A stretch of DNA of 32,000 nucleotides from Pyrobaculum aerophilum str. IM2 (GCF_000007225.1 NC_003364.1:1320001-1352000), one strand, 5' to 3'. Shown: positions 16,678-25,065, numbered from the stretch's first letter. The notes: a model not told the origin generated them from the sequence alone. Translations and numbers: made by a program.

Positions 16678-16684
16678 AAAGGGC

Positions 16685-16921
16685 CTATACGTTCCCCCTT
16701 CCCCCTGCCCACACTACTGTGTCGGTTTCTGGATCCCATACCACTGTATAGCCATCTATTCTCATACGCAATCTCCCCCTCCTCGCCGTTATGAAATAGC
16801 CACGCACCCGTCCGGTTTCTACGTCGACTAACAGCCGATTTCCAACGACGTCTACTCTAAGCGACTCTGCCAGCTTTGACTTCCGGAACTGTTCAGCTAA
16901 TTGAGAGAAATCCTCAGCCAT
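16685..16921 (-). CDS. Hypothetical 78-aa protein translationally coupled to rpoP
   Basis: Its ATG shares one nt with the rpoP stop (TAATG). The protein looks beta-rich (VDVVGNRLLVDVETGRVRGYFI...IDGYTVVWDPETDTVVW). No family was recognised. Confidence 0.5.
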   Translation of the reverse strand: MAEDFSQLAEQFRKSKLAESLRVDVVGNRLLVDVETGRVRGYFITARRGRLRMRIDGYTVVWDPETDTVVWAGGRGNV

Positions 16922-17079
16922 TAAATTGCCGGTATGCGTTTTACCATTGGCGATCTTACCTTCATAATTATTTTAAAGTTACAATAGGGACACCTAATCC
17001 CCGGGAGGATTTCCATCTCTGATTTGCTAAAAATCCTTCCGCACCTCATACAGACATAAAGCTTCCTTTCCTCAGTCAC
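16921..17079 (-). CDS. rpoP: DNA-directed RNA polymerase subunit P (Rpo12/RPABC4), not in the supplied ORF track
   Basis: My translation gives [52 protein letters not shown] (52 aa). This is a CxxC...CxxC zinc ribbon with the conserved LPG[VI]RCPYC.[FY]KI...R.P....K...AI pattern of archaeal RpoP. GTG start, 22 nt downstream of the NMNAT gene stop. Confidence 0.85.
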
Positions 17080-17101
17080 GGTGTTGGTTTTCCCCGCCTT
17101 T

Positions 17102-17608
17102 TTAAAAATTTCTCTCTACTAGTAGTTTTTTAATCCTCTCAACGCCGCCTATTTCATCTATATATTCTGCCACGGCGGGAGGGACCATCCCACGCCATCC
17201 ATCATCCCCGGCGGCTATTAGCCTCCTTATCAAAGTGGCAGAGTATTCTCCGAAGTGCGGGTGCGACCTCACCTCCACTCCCCAGAACGACAAGGCGACG
17301 GCGACCCAGGGATTGTTTGAATAAGCCACGTGGTACTGGGGACACCAGTGGCGCACATAGGCGCCCCAGTGGCTCGTCGGCCCGTTTGTGTCTGGCACTG
17401 TGCAGAATAATAAACGGCAGTTGGCCCCAAAATGTCTCCTAAACATCTCAAGCCTCTCTCCAGGCGTAAAGGGGTTCTCCGGCGTCAAGGCCTTGTCCGC
17501 AGATCCAATTGCAATTACCACCTCGTCGTAGTGCGTCAGGAGCCATTCAATTACCTTCACATGGCCCCAGTGGAGCGGCTGAAAACGCCCTATAAAGAGG
17601 GCTCTCAT
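17102..17608 (-). CDS. nadM: Nicotinamide-nucleotide adenylyltransferase (archaeal NadM type)
   Basis: 168 aa. It has the N-terminal [10 protein letters not shown] nucleotidyltransferase motif, and its size matches archaeal NMNAT. Confidence 0.85.
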   Translation of the reverse strand: MRALFIGRFQPLHWGHVKVIEWLLTHYDEVVIAIGSADKALTPENPFTPGERLEMFRRHFGANCRLLFCTVPDTNGPTSHWGAYVRHWCPQYHVAYSNNPWVAVALSFWGVEVRSHPHFGEYSATLIRRLIAAGDDGWRGMVPPAVAEYIDEIGGVERIKKLLVERNF

Positions 17609-17624
17609 GACACGTGGGAAATAC

Positions 17625-17637
17625 CTTTTTTAAACAG
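17625..17637. promoter_or_regulatory. A/T box between the NMNAT gene and the divergent C/D sRNA
   Basis: CTTTTTTAAACAG lies about 24 nt upstream of the minus-strand ATG at 17608 and about 20 nt upstream of the plus-strand sRNA candidate. Confidence 0.4.
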
Positions 17638-17649
17638 TAATCCCTCGTT

Positions 17650-17705
17650 TAAGATGATGTCGTAGCTCGCGGCTGATTATGATGTGGGGTATACAAGCTG
17701 AATAA
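17650..17705 (+). ncRNA. C/D-box sRNA (2'-O-methylation guide)
   Basis: C box AUGAUGU is at 17654-17660, followed by a 12-nt guide CGUAGCUCGCGG and D' CUGA at 17673-17676. After UU comes C' AUGAUGU at 17679-17685, then a 12-nt guide GGGGUAUACAAG and D CUGA at 17698-17701. The symmetric 12/12 spacing is the archaeal hallmark. The element lies in an intergenic region and the only overlapping ORF is implausible. Confidence 0.65.
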
Positions 17706-17858
17706 TGTCACAGAGGTGCCCATTAGGCTTGCCGTCCCTGCGCATAGCTTTTACACTCTTACGTAGAAAGGGCCTAGTAAGACGCCCTTTCAACATCTAA
17801 TTATCTAACCCCCCATGGCCCACGCGCCTAACGCGTAAGCCCGCCCTTCTCAGAAGGC

Positions 17859-18677
17859 CTATATTTTAAGAAGCGAGGCCATGTGCATGAGAATTCTCAC
17901 AACTTTCGTCGCAGTTATGTCAGAGACGTCGTTAGGAGGGGAGTACTCCATAATGTCCACCGCCACCGGCTTTAAGGTCATTAACACATCCGTGAGCAAA
18001 TACTCTAATTTTTTAAAGCTCAAGCCGCCAGCCTCTGGAGTCCCAACGCCCGGGGCCTCAGCTGGGTCTAAAACGTCTATGTCGAGGCTGACATAAGCCC
18101 TTCCAGAGGCCGTTGAGAGGGCGTCTGCCACTACTTGTCTAGTGAAGTCCCGCCCCTCTACGACGAAAAACCCAGCGTTCTCGGCATATTCCCTCTCCTC
18201 GTCGTCATAAGCCCTAACGCCTATGTATATGGCGTAAAAGCCAAGCTCCTCGTGCGCCCTCCTGGCGAATGTGGCGTGAGATAGCCTCTGCCCCGGCGGC
18301 CACTCGTTGCGCAAGTCAAAATGGGCGTCTATATGTACATATACGTCAGGCCTAACGACGTTAAGCGCGGCTAGAGTGGCTGTGTGCTCGCCTCCTATCA
18401 TTATAAAAGGAGGCCCCACTCTCTTAAGCTTAGCCTCTATTCTCGCTAAATTTTCCTCAGGCCTTCCCTGGAGGAGCTCAACGTCGCCTAAATCGCAGAT
18501 GGGCTCGGCCACGTTGCCAAATAAAGTTGTGTATTCCAAATAGGGCAGTATTTGCCTAATCTTCTGCGGCGCAAATCTCGCGCCGGGCCTAAAGCTTAGA
18601 GTGTCCTCCATGGGAGCGCCGAGAAGCTTGACGTCTTTTTCTCCGCACTTATTCTTAAGCACGCCTACTTCTTTCAC
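17859..18677 (-). CDS. speB: Agmatinase (arginase/ureohydrolase family)
   Basis: 272 aa with the Mn-binding motifs of the family: GGEHT, HIDAHFDLR and SLDIDVLDP. Confidence 0.85.
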   Translation of the reverse strand: MKEVGVLKNKCGEKDVKLLGAPMEDTLSFRPGARFAPQKIRQILPYLEYTTLFGNVAEPICDLGDVELLQGRPEENLARIEAKLKRVGPPFIMIGGEHTATLAALNVVRPDVYVHIDAHFDLRNEWPPGQRLSHATFARRAHEELGFYAIYIGVRAYDDEEREYAENAGFFVVEGRDFTRQVVADALSTASGRAYVSLDIDVLDPAEAPGVGTPEAGGLSFKKLEYLLTDVLMTLKPVAVDIMEYSPPNDVSDITATKVVRILMHMASLLKI

Positions 18678-19545
18678 CCCGTTTATACTCTTTACGTCTC
18701 GGCACGATTTTAATATCTACATGTACAATAAGGGGATGGAGCCTAGAAATAGTCTTAATGGCCTTTGTCCTGAGGGCATGGAGCTTGCCTATAGTCATGT
18801 CGGGAGTCACCCCCACTAAGGAATATACGACAAAGAAGCTCCCTAGTCTCCTGATTTTAACGTCTATAGGCCGGCCCAGCTCCGCCAAGATGTTTCTTAT
18901 CTTTTCCTCTAGCGAGTCGTCTCTATATAAAGCGCCTACTATGCCGTAAGTGGCCTCTTTTGCGAGCTTAGAGAACTCGTATAGCACGTATAGATATATT
19001 ATGAACACTGCCACTACTTCGGCGAGTACCAAGTGAAACAAATTGCTTACAACTACTGCGAGCGCCGCTACTGCTGAGAGGACCGTGTCTACTTTTGCGT
19101 GTAGGGCATCGGCCTTGAGTATGTCTAGCTTTAAAGATTCGTAATTGTGCCTCTCCCAGAGGTACAGTAGAAAAGTTATGCCGCCGCCGGCCAAGAGGAG
19201 GAGGGTCATCCACATCGGCGTAGGCTCGCCGTTAAGCTCAATAGAGGTGGCCAGCATATAGGTGTAAAATCCCAGTATTGCAAGCGTTGACAACAGCGTG
19301 AGAAGGCTCTCCACGCGATAGATCTCCCACGGAAAGGATCTTCCTCTTCTCGAAGCGTAGTAGAGCCCAAAGCCGGATATGTATGCGATCGCGGCGTCAA
19401 GAAATCCGTGGAGGGCATCGCTAGTTACTAGGAGGCTGTGATACATAATTCCAAGGAGCAATTCGACAAGAGTATACGCTAGGGAGACAGTGCCCATAAT
19501 GAAGAGGTATAGCGACGCAAGCCAAAGCCTAATGAAAGGGCGCAC
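18655..19545 (-). CDS. Cation diffusion facilitator (CDF) family metal transporter
   Basis: 296 aa. It has about six hydrophobic segments, with HSLLVTSDALHGFLDA in TM2 and a further D/H site in TM5, plus a cytoplasmic C-terminal domain. It overlaps the downstream agmatinase start by 23 nt. Confidence 0.8.
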   Translation of the reverse strand: MRPFIRLWLASLYLFIMGTVSLAYTLVELLLGIMYHSLLVTSDALHGFLDAAIAYISGFGLYYASRRGRSFPWEIYRVESLLTLLSTLAILGFYTYMLATSIELNGEPTPMWMTLLLLAGGGITFLLYLWERHNYESLKLDILKADALHAKVDTVLSAVAALAVVVSNLFHLVLAEVVAVFIIYLYVLYEFSKLAKEATYGIVGALYRDDSLEEKIRNILAELGRPIDVKIRRLGSFFVVYSLVGVTPDMTIGKLHALRTKAIKTISRLHPLIVHVDIKIVPRRKEYKRGERSRRA

Positions 19546-19623
19546 AGCTCTAATAGTTGAACTATAAAAAATCCAATCTCCAGGGTTTTTGAACTATCGG
19601 GGAGGAGGTCAAGTTGTTAAGTA

Positions 19624-21180
19624 TTATGAGCTTCGTTGTCTGGTCGGCTTTTCCGCCCTCCACTTATCTACGGCGTCTCTCAGCGCCTTAAAGCGCCGCA
19701 GGGCGTCTAGCTGTTCGGCTAGGAGCCATACTTCGCCCCTCTTAGCCTTGCCTGTCAGCGCCTTTAACACGGCGGCCTCCATATCGTCCTTAACCCTTGG
19801 CCGTGCTGTTTCGTAGTAGTACGTGACTGTTGTTTTACCTCTCTTTTCCCGCTTCTCCGCCCAGCGCCACTCCACCTTCAGTTGCCTCCTCTCCCCTCCA
19901 GCCTCATACTCCGCGATTATGCGCAGGCGGCAACCCTCCCCAGCGCATTGGTTTACCACCTTGCCGTTTTCCACAAATTCATACCGCAGATCTACAACGC
20001 GGGCTATTATATTGCCCTTATCGTCGCGCACCTCCAGCGGCAGATCTATTGCCCCCTCCTCCCTCGCCGGCGTTAGAACCTCTATCAGCTTTTTCACCGC
20101 GTCATCGCCGTGGCGGCGCCTCAACACGTCCTCAAGATCCCTAATAAAGCGTTCTGCCTCCACATCGCCATTCAGCGCCATGCGCTGTATTTCCCTAAGG
20201 CCGTCGTAAGTGATGCGGATTATGTACTGTCCGTTCCACTTCGCCGCGAAGTGCTTTCCCTCCTCCAGCCCTGCCGCCTTCAAGGCGTTTACAACTGTGT
20301 CTTTGTGGTCTTTTTTAACGCGGATTTCGCGCCTTTTGCCGTAAACAGCGTAGTGCTCTTTTTCCTTCAGCCCGCTAAGGGCCTCTAACGCCTTGGCATA
20401 AAATTCGTCCGCAACGCGAATTTCGTAACCGCCGCGCTCTGTTACCGTAAAATGCTCGCCCTCCTTCAAACCCTTGGCCTTTAATGCGTTTAAAGCGGCG
20501 TTTTTAGAGGCCTCGCTACGCGGGTTGTATACTATCATTATGCTCTTCATCCCCGTCCCGTAATAGACCGAAAACTCCGCACCGGCGAGCTTCACAACGT
20601 TGGGGCCTGCGGCTACGTCCTTAACTAGCTGTTTATACCTCTCCTCGCCGATCAGCCCCCTGCCGTACAGCTCGTCCACAAAGCCCCTCACCGCGTTCAG
20701 CCAGCCGTCGTGACGAATTGCCGTAATGCCGTCAGTGGTGAGCCACACTACCCATCCCTCACCTACGCGCTTAACCTCAGCCTCGCCGCCTAGGGCCCTA
20801 ATAATAGAGGCCAGACGCTCGGCGTTTTCGCGAGAGCCGCGGAATTCGGCTAGTAGATATCTGCCAGTCCATTTCATGTTGATGTGTGCCACCACCTCCC
20901 CGCCCAACTTAAAGCGGATGACTGTCTTCGGGTAACTTCCGCTTGCATCCAACGGCCCTCTCTCCACTGTGACGTTCTTGTAGACGTAGTCATCGGCCAT
21001 TGTAATAATTTCGTTTAGCTTTTTGAAAAACCTTTCGTTTCTCACGTCATATGCCCAGTCAACGCCGTGTTTCTTTTTAATCGCCTCGCGTGTAACAACT
21101 TTAAACGAGTCAGCGAACTCGGTCAGGGTATCTCCAAGCTCGTACAGTGTGGACAACGCCGGCATTACCGCTTTCAGCAA
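19624..21180 (-). CDS. Repeat-containing hypothetical protein, probably of the Pyrobaculum-specific paREP2 family
   Basis: 518 aa. There are at least three internal ~35-aa modules of the same pattern: SRENAERLASIIRALGGEAEVKRVGEGWVVWL, SEASKNAALNALKAKGLKEGEHFTVTERGGYEIRV and DHKDTVVNALKAAGLEEGKHFAAKWNGQYIIRI. The paREP2 label is from memory of Pyrobaculum genome annotation and needs checking. Confidence 0.7.
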   Translation of the reverse strand: MLKAVMPALSTLYELGDTLTEFADSFKVVTREAIKKKHGVDWAYDVRNERFFKKLNEIITMADDYVYKNVTVERGPLDASGSYPKTVIRFKLGGEVVAHINMKWTGRYLLAEFRGSRENAERLASIIRALGGEAEVKRVGEGWVVWLTTDGITAIRHDGWLNAVRGFVDELYGRGLIGEERYKQLVKDVAAGPNVVKLAGAEFSVYYGTGMKSIMIVYNPRSEASKNAALNALKAKGLKEGEHFTVTERGGYEIRVADEFYAKALEALSGLKEKEHYAVYGKRREIRVKKDHKDTVVNALKAAGLEEGKHFAAKWNGQYIIRITYDGLREIQRMALNGDVEAERFIRDLEDVLRRRHGDDAVKKLIEVLTPAREEGAIDLPLEVRDDKGNIIARVVDLRYEFVENGKVVNQCAGEGCRLRIIAEYEAGGERRQLKVEWRWAEKREKRGKTTVTYYYETARPRVKDDMEAAVLKALTGKAKRGEVWLLAEQLDALRRFKALRDAVDKWRAEKPTRQRSS

Positions 21181-21570
21181 GCCGTTTAACTTTGGCGGAG
21201 TATGGCGAAAGATGCGCCGAATCGTTAATCAGCAAATACGCCCTGATGAGGGCTTTCTGGGGGATGGAGGGTGGAGAGGAAAGCCGATGTCGTGCTTCGT
21301 GACGGGGAGAAAAGCCGTGTGCAAAGTGGGCGACAAGATGGCCGCGTTTTATGTATTCGACACGCCACATGGCGTATACCCCAGGCCTGAGATAAAGCTA
21401 ATAAACGACTGGATTAAAGTGGCGCATAGGGGCGATGACAGTCAAGGCGGCGTGTGTAAAAGTGGCGCTACCAGAGGCATTTTCCCTGCCCAGAAAATTC
21501 GGCGTTTTGGGCGGTGTTTCTTGCGGGGCGCCTTTAACGGCCTTGACGTAGTAGTGGCGGAAGGAGAAGG

Positions 21571-21586
21571 AAAGTATATAAAAAAA
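21571..21586 (+). promoter_or_regulatory. TATA box for glyS (leaderless)
   Basis: AAAGTATATAAAAAAA is centred about 24 nt upstream of the ATG at 21602. Confidence 0.5.
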
Positions 21587-21601
21587 TAAGACGTCTCTCC
21601 A

Positions 21602-23362
21602 ATGCGTCGCGCGGAGACGCTTGAGGAGATTGTGAAGCGGAGGTTGCTGTACTGGCCCTCATCGGAAATATACGGCGGCGTGGGCGGGTTTTATGATTAC
21701 GGCCCTCTCGGCGTACAGCTAAGGCGTAATATAGTGGAGAAGTGGCGTAAGGTGTTTGTACTCCCCTATCAAGATCTCATAATTGAAGTGGAGACGCCTA
21801 TTATCATGCCGGAGCCCGTCTTTAAGGCCTCTGGACATCTCGACCATTTTACTGACTATTTAGTAACGTGTACAAAATGTGGCCGTAAATACAGAGCCGA
21901 TCACTTAGTAGAGGAGGAGTTGGCGAAGAGGGGGTTGAAAATCTCAACTGAGGGGATGTCCGCCTCAGATTTAGAGCGCCTTATTTCTGAACACAAAATC
22001 GTCTGTCCCCACTGCGGCGGCCCCTTGGGCAGGGTGGAGACTTTTAATCTGCTCTTCAAAACCACCATAGGGCCTTATAGCGAAAACGCAGGATATTTGA
22101 GGCCGGAGACCGCCCAGGGTATGTTCGTCGCTTTCCCCCGGCTAGCGGAGTATGTGGGCCGTCGCCACCCCTTCGGCGTGGCGCAGATTGGCCGGGTTGC
22201 GCGTAATGAGATATCGCCTAGAGGGGGTTTGATGAGGTTAAGAGAGTTTACGCAAATGGAGATAGAGCTGTTTTTCGACCCGCAGAACCCCAAGTGTCCC
22301 TACTTCGCCGAGGTGGAGAGTTTTGAAATCCCAATAGTGCCTGAAGAGTTTGTGGCCAAGGGCCAGACGGAACCCGTTTATTTAACGGCTAGGGAAGTTG
22401 TGGAGAGGGGCCACGCTAATGAGTGGATGGCGTTTTTCATGGCGTTAGCCGCGAAGTTTTTAAAAGAGCTAGGCGTGCCTATTGAAAGGCAGAAGTTCCT
22501 CGGAAAACTGCCCCACGAGAGGGCACATTACTCCGCCAAGTCTTACGACCAAATGGTGCTTACAGAGCGCTTTGGGTGGGTAGAGGTTTCCGGCCACGCC
22601 TACCGCACGGATTACGACCTCTCCGGTCACAGCAAATTCAGCAGCCGCGAGATGTATTTAGAAAGGCGCCTATCCACGCCTAAGGAAGTGGAAGTAGTAC
22701 GGCTTTACCCCAACCCTAATGCTATTAGGGAGAGATACGGCGATAAAATAGGCGAGGTGATAAAGGCAATTAAAGAACACGAGGGAAGAGTAATAGAGGC
22801 GTTTAATAGGGGAATGTCCGAAGTGGCGTTAGGTGAGTACGTCATATCACGTGACATGGTTTACATAAAACTAGAAAAACGCAAGACGGACTTGGAAAAG
22901 TTCATACCGCACGTGGTGGAGCCCTCCTTCGGGCTTGACAGAATTATGTATGTAGTTCTAGAATCCGCAGTGGTTGAGGAGGAGGGACGCGTGTATTTAC
23001 GCCTGCCCCCCGACATAGCGCCAGTTAAGGCGTGTATATTGCCTATTGTAAAGAGGGCGGATTACGTGGAGATAGGCCGCACTTTGTGGAGGAGCTTGGC
23101 GAGACAGGGCTTTGTGGTGTTATACGAAGACGAGGGCACTATAGGCAGTAGGTACGCCTCATGTGATGAGATAGGAACGCCGCTCGCCGTGACAATCGAC
23201 GAGAAAACGCCCGTTGACGGCACTGTCACTATCCGCGACCGCGACACTAAGAGGCAAGTCAGGGTTAAATTGGGCGATGTAGTTACTTTCGTGTCCATGG
23301 TCGCCGGCGGCGCCTCTTTTGACGACGCCGCCAGGGCCTTAGGCGCAGCGCCAGTGCAGTAG
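21602..23362 (+). CDS. glyS: Glycyl-tRNA synthetase (class II, archaeal/eukaryotic alpha2 type)
   Basis: 586 aa. The sequence carries ...YWPSSEIYGGVGGFYDYGPLG..L..NI...W..., the class II motifs (LRPETAQG; REFTQMEIE; GLDR) and a C-terminal anticodon-binding domain. Confidence 0.95.
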   Translation: MRRAETLEEIVKRRLLYWPSSEIYGGVGGFYDYGPLGVQLRRNIVEKWRKVFVLPYQDLIIEVETPIIMPEPVFKASGHLDHFTDYLVTCTKCGRKYRADHLVEEELAKRGLKISTEGMSASDLERLISEHKIVCPHCGGPLGRVETFNLLFKTTIGPYSENAGYLRPETAQGMFVAFPRLAEYVGRRHPFGVAQIGRVARNEISPRGGLMRLREFTQMEIELFFDPQNPKCPYFAEVESFEIPIVPEEFVAKGQTEPVYLTAREVVERGHANEWMAFFMALAAKFLKELGVPIERQKFLGKLPHERAHYSAKSYDQMVLTERFGWVEVSGHAYRTDYDLSGHSKFSSREMYLERRLSTPKEVEVVRLYPNPNAIRERYGDKIGEVIKAIKEHEGRVIEAFNRGMSEVALGEYVISRDMVYIKLEKRKTDLEKFIPHVVEPSFGLDRIMYVVLESAVVEEEGRVYLRLPPDIAPVKACILPIVKRADYVEIGRTLWRSLARQGFVVLYEDEGTIGSRYASCDEIGTPLAVTIDEKTPVDGTVTIRDRDTKRQVRVKLGDVVTFVSMVAGGASFDDAARALGAAPVQ

Positions 23363-23418
23363 ACGCTCGGCTCCGCTACAGGGGGAAGACTTTATAAGGC
23401 TGTTTTACATTTAGATAT

Positions 23419-23769
23419 ATGGCAGAGGGCAAAGACGTGGAACGCGGCCGTAAGTTATTAATACCGCCGTTTTTAACGCCGCAACAAGAGAAGAAGGAGC
23501 AGAGAAAAACAGAGCGTAGAGTGAAAATAAAGGCTTCTGAAGACGTTGAGGACGGCGTGGCGAAATTGCCGCCAGATATACACGACGCCTTAGATAAGCC
23601 GGCGGAGGTAGAAATCATCGCTCCCGGCGGCTCTTCTCACGAAAAGAAGAAGGTTTTTAGAGTCGTAGTTAGCGACAAGATCCCTAGCGGCGAGATATAC
23701 GTCTCTCCCAACGAGTTGAGGGCTCTTGGCGTTGCGGAAAATACTGTAGTGACTGTAAGAAAGAAATGA
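23419..23769 (+). CDS. Hypothetical protein; basic N-terminus plus a possible Cdc48-N/AbrB-like beta-barrel
   Basis: 116 aa. The C-terminal ...[13 protein letters not shown]...[25 protein letters not shown] resembles the swapped-hairpin/double-psi barrel pattern, which is a weak call. Its stop overlaps the endA start (ATGA). Confidence 0.55.
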   Translation: MAEGKDVERGRKLLIPPFLTPQQEKKEQRKTERRVKIKASEDVEDGVAKLPPDIHDALDKPAEVEIIAPGGSSHEKKKVFRVVVSDKIPSGEIYVSPNELRALGVAENTVVTVRKK

Positions 23770-24317
23770 TCGGATATTTACGGGGGCTTGCCGTAATTGT
23801 TGAAGACGTAGAATTCGCCAGGAGGCTGTATAAAGAGGGGTTTTACGGCAGATTTCTGGGCTATGACAAAGTTAAGAGAGATGAGGTGGAGAAAATTAAC
23901 GCCCCGTTAATACTTGGCCTCTACGAGGCGCTTTATTTAGCAGAGAAAGGCAGGCTTAAGGTAATGGGGGAAGATGGGAGGGAAGTTGCCCCCGAGGAGC
24001 TGGCGGCTTTAGGCAGGGAGAGGATGAGGAATTTTGACGAGATATATAAAATCTATAAGTATTTCAGAGATTTGGGCTACGTGGTGAAAAGCGGTTTGAA
24101 ATTCGGCGCCTTATTTTCGGTGTACGAAAAAGGGCCGGGGATAGATCACGCTCCCATGGTGGTGGTATTCCTAGAGCCAGATAAGGGGATATCGGCCACA
24201 GATATCACCCGCGGCGGGCGGTTGAGCCATAGCGTGAGGAAGACCTGGACCTTGGCTACTGTTTTGAGGCAAACTGGAGAGGTGGTGCTTCTGGGATTTG
24301 GTTGGGCACGGCTCTAG
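23766..24317 (+). CDS. endA: tRNA-splicing endonuclease, catalytic subunit
   Basis: 183 aa. The C-terminal catalytic domain has the Y/H/K triad context: [25 protein letters not shown]...[11 protein letters not shown]. Confidence 0.85.
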
Positions 24318-24700
24318 TCAATTTTCAGCTCAGCTACGCCGTACTCCCCCGCCTTGCCTACCACTATTTGTAATACGCCGTCCTTATACACAGCCTTGGC
24401 GCTTTCAACCCTAAGTCTGAAGGGAACTTCTATTTTTCTAGAGACGGGGAAGTTCGATATTCTCTCGCGCCTTAGAGGCTTTCCCGCGCCTTCCGGCGTC
24501 GCCGGCGATGCGATTACTTCAATAGCTCTGTCGTAAACCCTGACTTTAATTGACTCTTTGCGAATTCCCGGCATGTCCACATAAAGCACGATGTTTTCGC
24601 CCAGGTCGTAAATATCGACGTCGGGCTGTCGCTCTACTTTGCCCACATTGGAGTCGTATAGCTCTTTAAGCCCTTCCTCAATTCTCTTAATTGGTTCCAT
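24314..24700 (-). CDS. Small heat-shock protein (Hsp20/alpha-crystallin)
   Basis: 128 aa. The alpha-crystallin core is [27 protein letters not shown]...[14 protein letters not shown]. Confidence 0.9.
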   Translation of the reverse strand: MEPIKRIEEGLKELYDSNVGKVERQPDVDIYDLGENIVLYVDMPGIRKESIKVRVYDRAIEVIASPATPEGAGKPLRRERISNFPVSRKIEVPFRLRVESAKAVYKDGVLQIVVGKAGEYGVAELKID

Positions 24701-24799
24701 GGTTTTATAAACTCCCTTTTAAAAAAGGGGCAGATATAATACCAGAAGATTAGAGACGGATTGAAAACTTCGTTAAAAAAGATGCGTAGTTGCTCGTTT

Positions 24800-25039
24800 T
24801 TACTTCTGCCCCGCTACGCCTATAATTTCGCCGTAGGCGTTTACTGGGAAAGAGCGGCCGCACTTAGGACAAGAGATACTAAAGCCGATGTTGTACCAGC
24901 TCTCGCCTATTTCTATTTCAAATTTGTGTTTGCAGTATGGACATGTAACGCGTACTTTTAACGTTTTTTCCAACTCGCCGCCTGAGTACTCCCAATCCTC
25001 AGGGAATTCTTGTGCCACCATAGGGCGCCCAGTTTGCAT
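24800..25039 (-). CDS. Small zinc-ribbon protein, hypothetical
   Basis: 79 aa with two CxxC pairs (CPYC ... CPKC) 25 residues apart. It is divergent from the nitroreductase gene. Confidence 0.6.
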   Translation of the reverse strand: MQTGRPMVAQEFPEDWEYSGGELEKTLKVRVTCPYCKHKFEIEIGESWYNIGFSISCPKCGRSFPVNAYGEIIGVAGQK

Positions 25040-25065
25040 AAATATAAATTCTTTACCTGCCTCAC

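Noticed and set aside
19556-19595. Short direct repeat TTGAACTAT (two copies about 30 nt apart) upstream of the CDF transporter gene
   Set aside because: It is only 9 nt, and one copy overlaps the probable TATA box (GAACTATAAAAAAT). That is too little evidence to call an operator, although a metal-responsive regulator site cannot be excluded.
21274-21508. RNase P RNA-like strings: GAGAGGAAAGCCG (CR-I-like, 21274-21286) and CAGAAAAUUCGGCGUUUU (CR-V-like, 21491-21508) in the right order and about 200 nt apart
   Set aside because: The universally conserved bulged U of P4 (AAAGUCC) is missing, and pairing the two strands requires a bulged G instead. I could not find convincing P1-P3 helices flanking them. 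Only a covariance-model search could rescue the idea.
21023-21589. 188-aa plus-strand ORF spanning the long divergent spacer
   Set aside because: Its first ~50 codons are antisense to the 5' end of the 518-aa repeat-protein gene. It contains G/R/C-rich stretches unlike the other proteins here, and no promoter box sits at the right distance from any of its start codons. I kept it only as a possible decayed gene under the spacer finding.
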